Positions 55,681 to 64,000 of a stretch of DNA of 64,000 nucleotides are shown here, one piece after another. Position 1 is the first letter of the stretch. The number at the start of each line of letters is the position of its first letter. The stretch comes from Candidatus Poseidoniaceae archaeon. Its GTDB lineage: Archaea > Thermoplasmatota > Poseidoniia > Poseidoniales > Poseidoniaceae. A program made the position numbers and the translations under genes. The notes under the pieces were generated by a model. That model had not been told where the DNA came from. It did not search any database and was given only the letters and a program-made list of their open reading frames with translations. The stretch spans positions 68,416-132,415 of the forward strand of contig JAPKCS010000001.1 of assembly GCA_028822845.1 (NCBI GenBank). The letters are read 5' to 3'.

Positions 55681-56997
55681 ATGAAAGGGGCAGATTTACC
55701 ACTCCAGTCTGTTTCAACACCCGTTGCTGGATTCCGTCGAATTGAATCTTTGGACGTGCTTCGAGGTGTGGCTTTGCTCGGTGTGCTTTTGCTCAACATT
55801 CTCGCATTTGGAATGGCCTCAGTCGGGTATTACAATCCATTTGTGGGGCTTGGCAATCATCCCGAACTAAATTACGCCGTTTGGGGCGGCGTCAATCTCT
55901 TTTTCGAGGGTTCGATGCGGGCCCTTTTCTCCTTGTTGTTTGGGGCAGGTATCGTGATGTTTACGACGGGTCTCGGCAGCAAGTCAGGTGTTGAAAAAAG
56001 CGGCTGGTTGCATTATCGCCGCACGTTCTTTTTGCTTCTCTTTGGGATCTTTGATGCCTATATCCTGCTATGGAAAGGCGATATTCTAATGCTTTACGCC
56101 GTTGCGGGGGCTTTGCTTTACCCATTGCGGCACGCACAACCAAAAACCTTGGTCACCCTTTCAGTCACCATTTTGTTTTGCTCTTCCTTGCTGTTCATCA
56201 CCGCTGGTGGAGTCATGATGGATGCAAGGGCTGCAGCAGATGTTGTTGAATCGGACCCTGACGGCAATCATTCTCAGGCTTTCCTCGATGAAGCAACCCT
56301 TTGGCACGAATCAGAAAATTCATTTGAATACAATGAAACGGCAGTCGACAAAGAACTTGACATTCGCAAAGGATCCTATGGAGAAGTTGCGGCCTATAAC
56401 GCAAAAGGCGTCAATGAGAATCTGCTGTTTTTCGCCCCTGTGTTCATGCTTTGGGATGTCATAGGAATGATGCTTCTTGGAATGGCAATGTATCGGAAGG
56501 GGATCTTGTCGGCAAAAGGTTCGCGTATGTTCTACATGCGGTTGACGGTGGGCGGCTTTGGCGTGGGCTTGCTCGTGAATGGGTATGAGTTGTATCAGGC
56601 GATTGATTCTGGATTTGATGCGATCGTGATATCGGGCTACTTTCAGGGCACCTACCAAGTTGGTCGAGTGTCCATGGCCATGGGCTGGTTAGGCCTCATC
56701 ATGCTGTTTTGCCAAAGCCAGATGCTCCCTTCACTGCGCCTCAGATTGTCAGCTGTCGGGCGCAGTGCTTTGAGCAATTACCTTCTCCATTCGCTGATTT
56801 GCCTGGTGCTGTTTACGGGCGCAGGATTCGGTTTAGTTGGCATGTTCGAGCGCTGGGAATTGTACCTCGTTGTCCTCGCAATCTGGGTGCTTCAGCTTCT
56901 TGTGAGTCCTTGGTGGTTGAACCGCTACGCCTTCGGCCCTGCAGAATGGCTTTGGCGTACGATGACCTATGGTACCAAGCAACGTTGGCGTGTGTAA
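55681..56997 (+). CDS. DUF418/DUF1624-family polytopic membrane protein (YeiB-like)
   Basis: LDVLRGVALLGVLLLNI at the N-terminus and VGRSALSNYLLHSLICL (GRMALTNYL signature of DUF418). Confidence 0.6.
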   Translation: MKGADLPLQSVSTPVAGFRRIESLDVLRGVALLGVLLLNILAFGMASVGYYNPFVGLGNHPELNYAVWGGVNLFFEGSMRALFSLLFGAGIVMFTTGLGSKSGVEKSGWLHYRRTFFLLLFGIFDAYILLWKGDILMLYAVAGALLYPLRHAQPKTLVTLSVTILFCSSLLFITAGGVMMDARAAADVVESDPDGNHSQAFLDEATLWHESENSFEYNETAVDKELDIRKGSYGEVAAYNAKGVNENLLFFAPVFMLWDVIGMMLLGMAMYRKGILSAKGSRMFYMRLTVGGFGVGLLVNGYELYQAIDSGFDAIVISGYFQGTYQVGRVSMAMGWLGLIMLFCQSQMLPSLRLRLSAVGRSALSNYLLHSLICLVLFTGAGFGLVGMFERWELYLVVLAIWVLQLLVSPWWLNRYAFGPAEWLWRTMTYGTKQRWRV

Positions 56998-57087
56998 GGT
57001 TGCGTCTTTTATCCACCTCTAGAACGGGGTGCACAAAGACATCTATGCCCCCAAGCGTTAGAAAGGGAAGCGGGCTCGACTTGAATA

Positions 57088-58272
57088 ATGTGGAGTTCAC
57101 GAGAAGCCCGGCGCGTCGGTTTCGTGCTCTTGGCCGCCCTCGTGATGGCAACGACTTCACTCTCAGGCTGCACCGGTGTTTTGGATACAACGGTGAACCC
57201 TCGAGCCTCACTCAACGCCTACCCGTTGCTCATTCAAGAAGGCGAGACCGTCACCTTTGATGCACGTCAATCCGAAGCAGTGGAAGGCGTCATCACCTCG
57301 TATGCTTGGTCGTTCGGCGACGGCAGACAATCAGAAACAGTGTCTGGTTTCACCTCTCACACATACGCAACCTATGGCATCTTTACCGCTCAACTCACCA
57401 TCACAAACGACCAAGGTGGAGTGGATGACATCACGGCGACCGTCATCGTGAACGGTGCCCCCCAACTCAACCTCACCTTCCCTGAACTCATTCGTTCCGG
57501 TGACTCTGCTCTGCTCGATGCCAGTGACAGCTATGACCCAGAAGGCAAATCTCTGAAGTTTGCATGGGATTTGGACTGGAGCGAAGACAGTGACAAGGAC
57601 GGCGATTCACGAAACGACATCGACGCAACCACCGATACAGTTCTGATTCCAACCAACCGTTCAGGAATCATCACTGGAAGTTTGTTCCTTGATGATGGTG
57701 AAGGGGCGACGGCACAACAGGTGTTCACCCTTAATGTGTTAACTCGAAGGTATGAAGTGACATGGAAAACAATGGAACTGGAGTACACGTGGGATGAATA
57801 CCTCGATCAAGGGGATGAATGGCAAGGCAACATAACGCCTGGCTTGGAAGGGCGTGTGTTGAGCTTCGAAGGTATCCTCGCTCTTTCGCAAGATGTGTTG
57901 GCTCCCCAAGATAATTTCACCCTCAATGTGCTGATCATCAATGATGGCTTCAAGCGCTCTGATCAAACCTCAGGGGAGAACCTCACCTCGAATGAATCAG
58001 CCACAGCGACGGTTTCAGCAGAGGATTTGAACACGTTGGGTGAAGACGGTATGTTTGACTCAGACTCAGAAGAAGATCTCTTGCAGATGCTGTTGATGGA
58101 TGCAAACGCTCGGGCTGGTCAAGGTGACTGGACGTGGACCGTTGTCGCTCAACAAGCCGACCCCGACCCACTCTTCGAAGGCACACCCGACCCTGATCCA
58201 GGAAACGACTGGACCCTTACCGTCGTTGTCAAGTTGCATGTACCGGAACTTGTCGAGATTGCTTACGAGTGA
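57088..58272 (+). CDS. Secreted (lipobox-like LSGC) protein with 2 PKD domains and an acidic C-terminal region
   Basis: Signal ending TSLSGCTG. PKD signatures YAWSFGDGRQSETVSGFTSHTYATYGIFTAQLTITNDQGG and FAWDLDWSEDSDKDGD. Confidence 0.6.
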   Translation: MWSSREARRVGFVLLAALVMATTSLSGCTGVLDTTVNPRASLNAYPLLIQEGETVTFDARQSEAVEGVITSYAWSFGDGRQSETVSGFTSHTYATYGIFTAQLTITNDQGGVDDITATVIVNGAPQLNLTFPELIRSGDSALLDASDSYDPEGKSLKFAWDLDWSEDSDKDGDSRNDIDATTDTVLIPTNRSGIITGSLFLDDGEGATAQQVFTLNVLTRRYEVTWKTMELEYTWDEYLDQGDEWQGNITPGLEGRVLSFEGILALSQDVLAPQDNFTLNVLIINDGFKRSDQTSGENLTSNESATATVSAEDLNTLGEDGMFDSDSEEDLLQMLLMDANARAGQGDWTWTVVAQQADPDPLFEGTPDPDPGNDWTLTVVVKLHVPELVEIAYE

Positions 58273-58330
58273 CCACTTTGGTCAATGGAAAGGCGTATCA
58301 ATCACCAGCCCTTCGCATGGACTGATTGCA

Positions 58331-58684
58331 ATGGTCGATACCCTCGAAATCAGCCGCGTCAACATCCGAGATTCGTTGTCTGTTGACGTTTCAGTCTGGA
58401 TGCACCACCCGAACGATATGGACTTCAGGCCCTCACTTTCAGTTGCAGGAAACACCTTCACGATTTCAAACCACAGCGACGGCGCTACCCTTGCTTCTAT
58501 CGAACTCAATGAAGAACAGATGGAAGCAGTTGTGCGCGATGAAGCCGCAGAACTCCGTGTGAAATTCCAAGTCCGCGGCATGCACGGAGAACTCTACAAA
58601 ATCCACCCAATTATTGCAGATGGGAAGGCAAAGAAACTTGCTACTGCAAACTGGAAAACCACCCAAAAAGTCTCTTTCGAGTGA
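58331..58684 (+). CDS. 117-aa protein of unknown function (beta-rich)
   Basis: ORF track 58100..58684 overlaps the previous gene. The internal ATG at 58331 (MVDTLEISRV) gives a non-overlapping gene. Confidence 0.35.
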   Translation: MVDTLEISRVNIRDSLSVDVSVWMHHPNDMDFRPSLSVAGNTFTISNHSDGATLASIELNEEQMEAVVRDEAAELRVKFQVRGMHGELYKIHPIIADGKAKKLATANWKTTQKVSFE

Positions 58685-58740
58685 AATTTGAACCCTTTTG
58701 GGGTTTGGGACAGCCACCGTGTCTTTCATAGCGGTTCATT

Positions 58741-59043
58741 TTGATTTTTCAGTACATGCCCCCTAGAAGAGAAGGTAAAGGATCCCAGAAGCAAGCACGT
58801 TACGAACGCCTAAAAAACGAGATATTACGCTTTGTTGGCGCCAACCCAGGGTGCTCCGCTCAATCCATCGTCGCCTGTCTTTCAAACGACCGAGCCATGC
58901 GAAACCATGGACTTACGCCGCGAAAAGTTGGATTCTTCATACCACGTCACCTCGGTGATTGTCTGGAATGGTGGCAAGATCATACCGCTGGACGAAGAGT
59001 CTATGGTGAACTTGGCTGTGTTCAAGCACCCGAAAAACTGTGA
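58741..59043 (+). CDS. 100-aa possible winged-helix DNA-binding protein (uncertain; competes with an overlapping N-terminal extension of the HAD ORF)
   Basis: ARYERLKNEILRFVGANPGCSAQSIVACLSNDRAM looks wHTH-like. An oligo-T tract lies upstream. Confidence 0.3.
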   Translation: MIFQYMPPRREGKGSQKQARYERLKNEILRFVGANPGCSAQSIVACLSNDRAMRNHGLTPRKVGFFIPRHLGDCLEWWQDHTAGRRVYGELGCVQAPEKL

Positions 59044-59071
59044 TCTTTCCCCCACCAATGGGGGCGCACTC

Positions 59072-59764
59072 ATGTATGGTGTTGTTCACCCACGAAACAT
59101 GACAGCCACCGTCGCGGCTTACTTTGATCTCGATGGCACCCTTCTGGATGCATCGAGTGAAAAGACCCTCGCTGCCGAACTTGGCAAGCGCCGCCCTTGG
59201 CGAATTCCTGTGGCGGCAGTAAGCTGGACGCTTGGGTTGGTCGGCAACCTGCTCCGTGGGCGGGCTTTCTATGATGCTGCTCGAAACCGGGGTCATTTTT
59301 CACTCGCTTCTTGGCGTGTCCTCGAAGCGTATTCGACCCGTTTGGCAGCAGAACGTCTTGCGCCCTGTGTCTGTGAAGAAGCCAAGGCTAAGTTGGCTTG
59401 GCATCGTGAACAAGGGCACCGACTCGTCCTGGTGACCGCTACCATTGCGCCCATGGCTGAAGCGATGGGTGAGGTGCTTGGCATGGATGCAGTTTACGGC
59501 TGTGGGCCAGCGTTACGCACCGGCATCCTCAGCGGATCTGAACGAGGCTGGTCGGTTCCTCGAAGAAAAGGCAAGGTTCCCGTTGTCGAAGCCGACGCTC
59601 TGGCGAATGGGCATGATCTTTCACAATGCTACGGTTATGGCAACACGCTTGCAGATTCTTGGTTCATGCGAATCACTGGAAACCCAGTTGCGATCAATGC
59701 AGAAGGCTCGCTACGAACCTTAGCCAAAAAGCAAGACTGGCCGATGCATGAATGGCGGGTTTGA
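59072..59764 (+). CDS. HAD-superfamily (subfamily IB-like) hydrolase/phosphatase
   Basis: Motif I AAYFDLDGTLLD, with downstream HAD blocks (VLVTATIAPMAE, GYGNTLADSWFM). The ORF track extends upstream to 58832; the starts at 59072 or 59099 avoid overlap with the small ORF. Confidence 0.6.
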   Translation: MYGVVHPRNMTATVAAYFDLDGTLLDASSEKTLAAELGKRRPWRIPVAAVSWTLGLVGNLLRGRAFYDAARNRGHFSLASWRVLEAYSTRLAAERLAPCVCEEAKAKLAWHREQGHRLVLVTATIAPMAEAMGEVLGMDAVYGCGPALRTGILSGSERGWSVPRRKGKVPVVEADALANGHDLSQCYGYGNTLADSWFMRITGNPVAINAEGSLRTLAKKQDWPMHEWRV

Positions 59765-59796
59765 ACACGAACGCTATCGCACCATTGAGTAAAGAG

Positions 59797-59870
59797 CGGC
59801 CCCACCGCGATTCGAACACGGGTTGCTGGCTCCGCAAGCCGGCGTGATATCCAAGCTACACTATAGGGCC
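59797..59870 (-). tRNA. tRNA-Arg (anticodon GCG), with a C.A mismatch in the anticodon stem
   Basis: Minus-strand 74 nt. Acceptor GGCCCTA/TGGGGCC, G73. Anticodon stem-loop CCGGC-TTGCGGA-GCCAG. T-arm CCGTG-TTCGAAT-CGCGG. Confidence 0.6.
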
Positions 59871-59895
59871 TTGGTGTTCGGTCCACCGACCGCTT

Positions 59896-59905
59896 GGATA
59901 TAAGC
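59896..59905 (-). promoter_or_regulatory. Archaeal TATA box (minus-strand CTTATATCC) about 30 nt upstream of the tRNA-Arg 5' end
   Basis: Plus-strand ggatataagc, the right distance for an archaeal tRNA promoter. Confidence 0.4.
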
Positions 59906-59981
59906 GCAACGGGTTACGTTTTCCCGTTGCCAAACCCTGAGCCAAGCAAGCCTTCTTCACGCCTCACCGTTTGGACGGAAC

Positions 59982-60404
59982 ATGGCGGTGGAACTGTCGC
60001 GAAGGGTCGATTACCCGATGCTGGATGGTGCGAACATCGCATACTACCCTCGAATCTTTGACCTCGCCCACCGTTTTTTCGAAGAAGCATGGGAGCCAAT
60101 GTGTGGCGTATCCTATCCAGTCATGATCAATGAACGCAAGATTGGATTCCCAGTTGTTCGTGTTGAAACTGATTTCATCGCCCCCTTGCGCTATGGCGAT
60201 ACAATCCACGCAACGTTATCCATTGAACACGTAGGAACCTCTTCATGCACCTGGGGCTACCTCCTGCAAAACCAAAATCACGATGTGCTATGGCGTTCCA
60301 GTCAAGTGACCGTTTGTGTGGACATGGACACGTTGGAGTCCAAACCGATTCCCGATGACCTCCGAGTAGGATTGCTTGCTCACCTCGTGGAGGAATCACA
60401 GTGA
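59982..60404 (+). CDS. Hotdog-fold acyl-CoA thioesterase (4HBT/YbgC-like)
   Basis: 140 aa, YPRIFDLAHRFFEEAW..GFPVVRVETDFIAPLRYGDTIHATLSIEHVGTSS, typical 4HBT architecture. Confidence 0.6.
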   Translation: MAVELSRRVDYPMLDGANIAYYPRIFDLAHRFFEEAWEPMCGVSYPVMINERKIGFPVVRVETDFIAPLRYGDTIHATLSIEHVGTSSCTWGYLLQNQNHDVLWRSSQVTVCVDMDTLESKPIPDDLRVGLLAHLVEESQ

Positions 60405-61048
60405 GTGATTTAGATTTAGGATTCACGATGCGAATGGATGACGCAGATGCCGTGCCTGCTCCGCCCGTGGACATGTTTGCCGTCCGTCCCGACCCTAAAG
60501 GTCCCAAAACAGTGGCTGTGCTGATTCTGCTTGGAGCCATTTTATTGGCCTATCAAGCCTATGGCGATTATCAATTCCACAACGCAGAAGACCTGTCTGA
60601 TTCTGAAGTTGAAACCTTATTGATTACACCCAACAGTCAGGCGAGCGATGCTGATGATCTAACGGTCGAACAGTACCAAGAATTTCATGACCAAGCCCGT
60701 GATTCTGGCGGCTACGGCCTTCGTGCGGCCGGGTTTGCGATCACGGCCCTGATGATGATGATCGGTTCGGTTTTGCTGTTTCAACTCAAACCACTCGGCG
60801 CCTGGTTGAACGTGATTGGAGCCGGTATTGGCCTGACCACGGGCGTCGCCGGGAGTTGGTTGGTTGGTGGCGCAGCAGTGAACAGCCTCACTGGTCCTTT
60901 GTTGCTCACCTATGAGATTTCAACTTATTTTTGTGGCGTTTGCATGGTGACTTGTCTCAGCCTTGCTGCTTTGCCGTTGCTCAATGCTCGCGCAAGGCTC
61001 GCACTGTATTCAAATCCAAAAGTGGTTCTTGTTTCAGAGCAAGAATGA
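60401..61048 (+). CDS. Membrane protein (4 TM), unknown function
   Basis: 4-nt overlap with the thioesterase stop. Hydrophobic helices (VAVLILLGAILLAY, AITALMMMIGSVLLF). Confidence 0.45.
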   Translation: MSDLDLGFTMRMDDADAVPAPPVDMFAVRPDPKGPKTVAVLILLGAILLAYQAYGDYQFHNAEDLSDSEVETLLITPNSQASDADDLTVEQYQEFHDQARDSGGYGLRAAGFAITALMMMIGSVLLFQLKPLGAWLNVIGAGIGLTTGVAGSWLVGGAAVNSLTGPLLLTYEISTYFCGVCMVTCLSLAALPLLNARARLALYSNPKVVLVSEQE

Positions 61049-61054
61049 TCCGAT

Positions 61055-61501
61055 TCAAGCATCGCTGGGGCGGGGCCATTTCTTGGCAAGCGCCTTTTGC
61101 AACCCTTCATCCATTGTAGCGTTCCACCAGTCACTGCCTTGCCAAATAGCGTATTTGCCGCGTATGCCTCGTAGATCTGCACCGGAGAATTTACAATTTC
61201 TGAAGTTGGAAAGGTTGAGTCGGGCTTTCCTCAAATCTGCCCCCCTAAAATCAGCGCCATCGAATGCAGATTTCATCAAATCCACTTCATACATCGATGC
61301 TTTTCGGAAATCGCAGTTTGAAAAATCACCCTCGGTAAGGTCGGCTCCATCAAGGATGCTCCTGCGAAAGTTCGAACCAGCATGCCTTCCTTTCCTCAAG
61401 ATATCAGAGGCGTGGTTTTGGAAGGACCAATCCAGTACGACGGATTCGATTTCACCGGTTGATTCTCTTGGGTCGTCGCCCCCTCCGCCAGACATCACCA
61501 T
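61055..61501 (-). CDS. Pentapeptide-repeat protein
   Basis: Tandem A(D/N)LxxA-type pentapeptides: ILDGADLTEGDFSNCDFRKASMYEVDLMKSAFDGADFRGADLRKARLNLSNFRNCKFSGADLRG. Confidence 0.7.
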   Translation of the reverse strand: MVMSGGGGDDPRESTGEIESVVLDWSFQNHASDILRKGRHAGSNFRRSILDGADLTEGDFSNCDFRKASMYEVDLMKSAFDGADFRGADLRKARLNLSNFRNCKFSGADLRGIRGKYAIWQGSDWWNATMDEGLQKALAKKWPRPSDA

Positions 61502-61510
61502 AGTGTAGCC

Positions 61511-62095
61511 TCATGCAGTGGACCGTTTATCAAGGTGAGCGCGACCTTCTTCGGTCAAAAGAGCAAACCTGTTTTTGTCTTCCTTTCCTTCAGGAATGGC
61601 GAGGAAGTTTCGTTCCCTCAATCGATTGAGATAAAGCGAGAGGTTACCGGGTGGATCGATCTTTGCATCATCGAACAATTGGTTGATGATACGCGGCGGG
61701 CTGTCTTGGATGCCTTCGACTTCTCGGAGGTAGTGAATCGCACCGAGGACCTGATCAGGTTTTCGTTCCAATGAACAGGTTTCCAGCAAGACTCTGAAGG
61801 CAGACCCACGTTCAGGGAGGCCCTTCTCTTTCGCAGCAGAAACAGCGGCCTGCATTGCTTCAGCACGGGCTTGAGTAAGCCTGTCGAGCATCAGGGTCCA
61901 CGTGTCGTCTTGTCGGTGAAGGGCTAACTGCTCTTCGACTTCCATAGGAGCGCCTTCAAGATCGATTTCGATGTCACCTGCGATGACGGAGACTTTGCTG
62001 CTCGTTTCCATTTGATGCCCCTCAATGTGAAAGTGCCTCTCTTTTCCGTATAACCCTTTAGCGTTCATGTCAATGAACATTCGAGCCTGAAACAT
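61511..62095 (-). CDS. 194-aa protein of unknown function (possible C-terminal winged helix)
   Basis: Coding-like ORF. No recognisable domain by eye. Confidence 0.4.
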   Translation of the reverse strand: MFQARMFIDMNAKGLYGKERHFHIEGHQMETSSKVSVIAGDIEIDLEGAPMEVEEQLALHRQDDTWTLMLDRLTQARAEAMQAAVSAAKEKGLPERGSAFRVLLETCSLERKPDQVLGAIHYLREVEGIQDSPPRIINQLFDDAKIDPPGNLSLYLNRLRERNFLAIPEGKEDKNRFALLTEEGRAHLDKRSTA

Positions 62096-62184
62096 AGTAA
62101 AAAATCCAAATTATCCATGGGAAACCCCTCCATCAGCCGTAAGGAACTTGAAGGGCATGCGACCCCAGAGGTTCAGTGACAACC

Positions 62185-64000
62185 ATGGATAGCCCTCGCC
62201 GAACCGGCCCGTATGTTCTTGTTCTGCTCTTGTTGCTCCAGTCATTTGCGGCCATTTCCGTGTCTGCAAACCCCACTGCGGGGGCCGTGAGCACTTTCGA
62301 TGGAGGCATTGCAGCGCCAACGGTGAACCTCATCGAGGGTCAGATAAACACCCAGCTAGGAATTGAAGTGCCACGAAACGTGACTTTCAATACGGCTTCG
62401 TTTATCATCAACGCCAGAGATGAGGTGCCATCACCTGGGCAAGTCTACATTGACATCGGTCAAGATGGGGTCAAAGAATGGGCTTTCGAAGGTCAAGGGT
62501 ATGGCGATCTTGGGCATCAAAATACATTTGCCAATGGAAACACAACTTCTGAAGTCTTCTCAAATGGCTCCGTGTCATCGCTTCCATTTATCCTTCCATT
62601 CGCATCAGCGATTGAATCAGCTCAGGTCAACACTTCGTTTGCACCTGAAGTGAACGGAGGCCTCATGCCCGTTGGCGCGGTCACCGACTACACCTCGGGG
62701 GATGTCGACAACGATACATTACCAGAAATCGTTGTTCTTTCAAGGGATTCAACGGTGACCGGATTCAATGCAGGCGTTCTCCGTATTGATTGGGATTCTG
62801 CTTCAGGCCTCGATGTATCCAGTTGGGCTCAGACCTGCGCTGGTGCCAGCGAGGTTGCTGTCGGCGACTTCAATGATGACGGCCATGATGACATCGTCAC
62901 CTTCGCTTACGGCTCAGATTTAGCTTGTGTCCATTTCACCAATGCTACAACATCTGCCATCGGGGCCGCGCAGCCTCTTTCCCTGTACAGCAACAGTATT
63001 TCTGCAGCGGTCGGCGATTTCAACAACGACGGTTATGCAGATGTGGTTTCAATTCACGCAGGTGGACAATTTGTGGTCCGAACATACAGTGACAAAATCA
63101 GCGCATTTACCGACAACCAAACTCACACAGTCATGATGAACAACACCGCAACGGCAACCACGCTCACCTCAATGACAGGTGGAGTGTTTGGGGTAAATTC
63201 AACCACGTTCTCAGCTGTTGTCACGGATTTTTTCGGCCACAGCACACCGCTCGGATGGACGCTCGGTAGCGGTATCTCGGAAAACCCAAACCACTTCGAT
63301 GGCATAGAATCAGACCTTGTGGCTGGTGACTTCAATGGCGACGGAAACATCGACTTTATCGGGACCAATCAACAAGGCTACACCATCGCATTGAATGATG
63401 GGCTGCAATGGAACACCACGAATGTTCTGTCCACTGTTGCCCTCACCAACGCCTCAGTCTTCGACCACGATGGCGATGGTACAACTTCGCTTGTTGTGCC
63501 CTCTCCCGGGTCCAGTGACGGCAGCGCCCAGACCGTTGATGGCAATTTGACGGTCTTTGCCTTGAACGCTACATTGATTGGAAATGTTTCCGCCATTGTG
63601 CAACCTTGGTCAATACCAACCAATGTCCAAGCCGTTGATATGAACGGCGATGGTTTTCTCGAACACATTGTCGCTGCCGGTGAAAGTGCTCTTGGTTTGT
63701 ACATTGGTGGGTGGCACCAGATCGGCCTGGATGTGAACAATGATGGCCAAGATGATCTTGTGACATCAGGTTATTCAGGCGATGCTTCGTTTGGCATGAT
63801 GCCGCTCTACATCGAAGACCCTATGGGGAACACTTCGACCATCCTTTCAACCCTGATGAACGCACTCCCCTACACAGCCGATGGCTACGGTGTGCGTCTA
63901 TCCATCCTGGATTTCTCTTTATCGAACACTGGAAATGGCACGTTCAACCTCTCAGGGATGGACATTGGGTATGACGCATTTTTCATCGTCGAAAACAATC
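62185..64000 (+). CDS. Secreted FG-GAP/VCBS (integrin-alpha-like beta-propeller) repeat protein, 5' portion; continues beyond the window end
   Basis: Not in the ORF track (no stop before the window end). I translated the frame from the ATG at 62185. Signal peptide VLVLLLLLQSFAAISVSA. Repeats VGDFNDDGHDDIV, VGDFNNDGYADVV, AGDFNGDGNIDFI, DMNGDGFLEHIVA, DVNNDGQDDLV. Confidence 0.6.
   Translation, partial: MDSPRRTGPYVLVLLLLLQSFAAISVSANPTAGAVSTFDGGIAAPTVNLIEGQINTQLGIEVPRNVTFNTASFIINARDEVPSPGQVYIDIGQDGVKEWAFEGQGYGDLGHQNTFANGNTTSEVFSNGSVSSLPFILPFASAIESAQVNTSFAPEVNGGLMPVGAVTDYTSGDVDNDTLPEIVVLSRDSTVTGFNAGVLRIDWDSASGLDVSSWAQTCAGASEVAVGDFNDDGHDDIVTFAYGSDLACVHFTNATTSAIGAAQPLSLYSNSISAAVGDFNNDGYADVVSIHAGGQFVVRTYSDKISAFTDNQTHTVMMNNTATATTLTSMTGGVFGVNSTTFSAVVTDFFGHSTPLGWTLGSGISENPNHFDGIESDLVAGDFNGDGNIDFIGTNQQGYTIALNDGLQWNTTNVLSTVALTNASVFDHDGDGTTSLVVPSPGSSDGSAQTVDGNLTVFALNATLIGNVSAIVQPWSIPTNVQAVDMNGDGFLEHIVAAGESALGLYIGGWHQIGLDVNNDGQDDLVTSGYSGDASFGMMPLYIEDPMGNTSTILSTLMNALPYTADGYGVRLSILDFSLSNTGNGTFNLSGMDIGYDAFFIVENN

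Noticed and set aside
58832-59071. N-terminal 80-aa extension of the HAD ORF
   Set aside because: It places HAD motif I about 95 residues in, which is atypical, and it overlaps a plausible wHTH-like ORF in another frame. The internal starts at 59072 or 59099 are preferred.

Overview
This 64 kb window is a gene-dense segment of an archaeal chromosome, coding on both strands, with GC roughly 55% by eye. The archaeal assignment rests on a conserved L18e-L13-S9-RpoN operon followed by tRNA-Pro, an archaeal-type DnaG, a group II chaperonin, PAC2, and TATA-like boxes about 27 nt upstream of several start codons. Shine-Dalgarno motifs of the GGAGG type sit in front of several other genes. The giant Ca-binding surface proteins and the many bacterial-type genes (purH, purN, NAD-dependent ligA, a DnaQ-like exonuclease) suggest a Marine Group II / Thermoplasmatota-like organism, but I cannot run the search that would confirm this. 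I found three tRNAs (Cys-GCA, Pro-GGG, Arg-GCG) and no rRNA, CRISPR array, transposase or integrase. The housekeeping content is purine biosynthesis (purH, purN), an aminotransferase, DnaG, a thermosome paralog, ribosomal proteins plus rpoN, and a DNA-maintenance group: NAD-ligase with a PPC DNA-binding protein, a Cas4/RecB-like Fe-S nuclease, and a DEDDh exonuclease carrying a DUF3820-like tail. Roughly 25 kb encodes an accessory cell-surface arsenal. It includes a 2699-aa and a 1575-aa membrane-anchored giant protein and several 400-900-aa secreted or anchored proteins, with thrombospondin-type-3-like DxDxDG repeats, beta-helix, PKD/Ig-like and FG-GAP repeats, and a (GQ)~40 hexanucleotide microsatellite inside one gene. 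The candidates for undescribed biology are several modules of unknown function. These are a 4-gene overlapping operon (TerB-like, HEAT, small protein, MobA-like nucleotidyltransferase), a 3-gene module (small membrane protein, 678-aa orphan, TerB-like coiled-coil tail-anchored protein), and a 917-aa acidic orphan. A fourth is a paralogous pair of secreted proteins sharing an N-terminal Cys-x(1,3)-Cys-His motif. Every functional call below comes from motif recognition by eye and needs HMM or structure searches.
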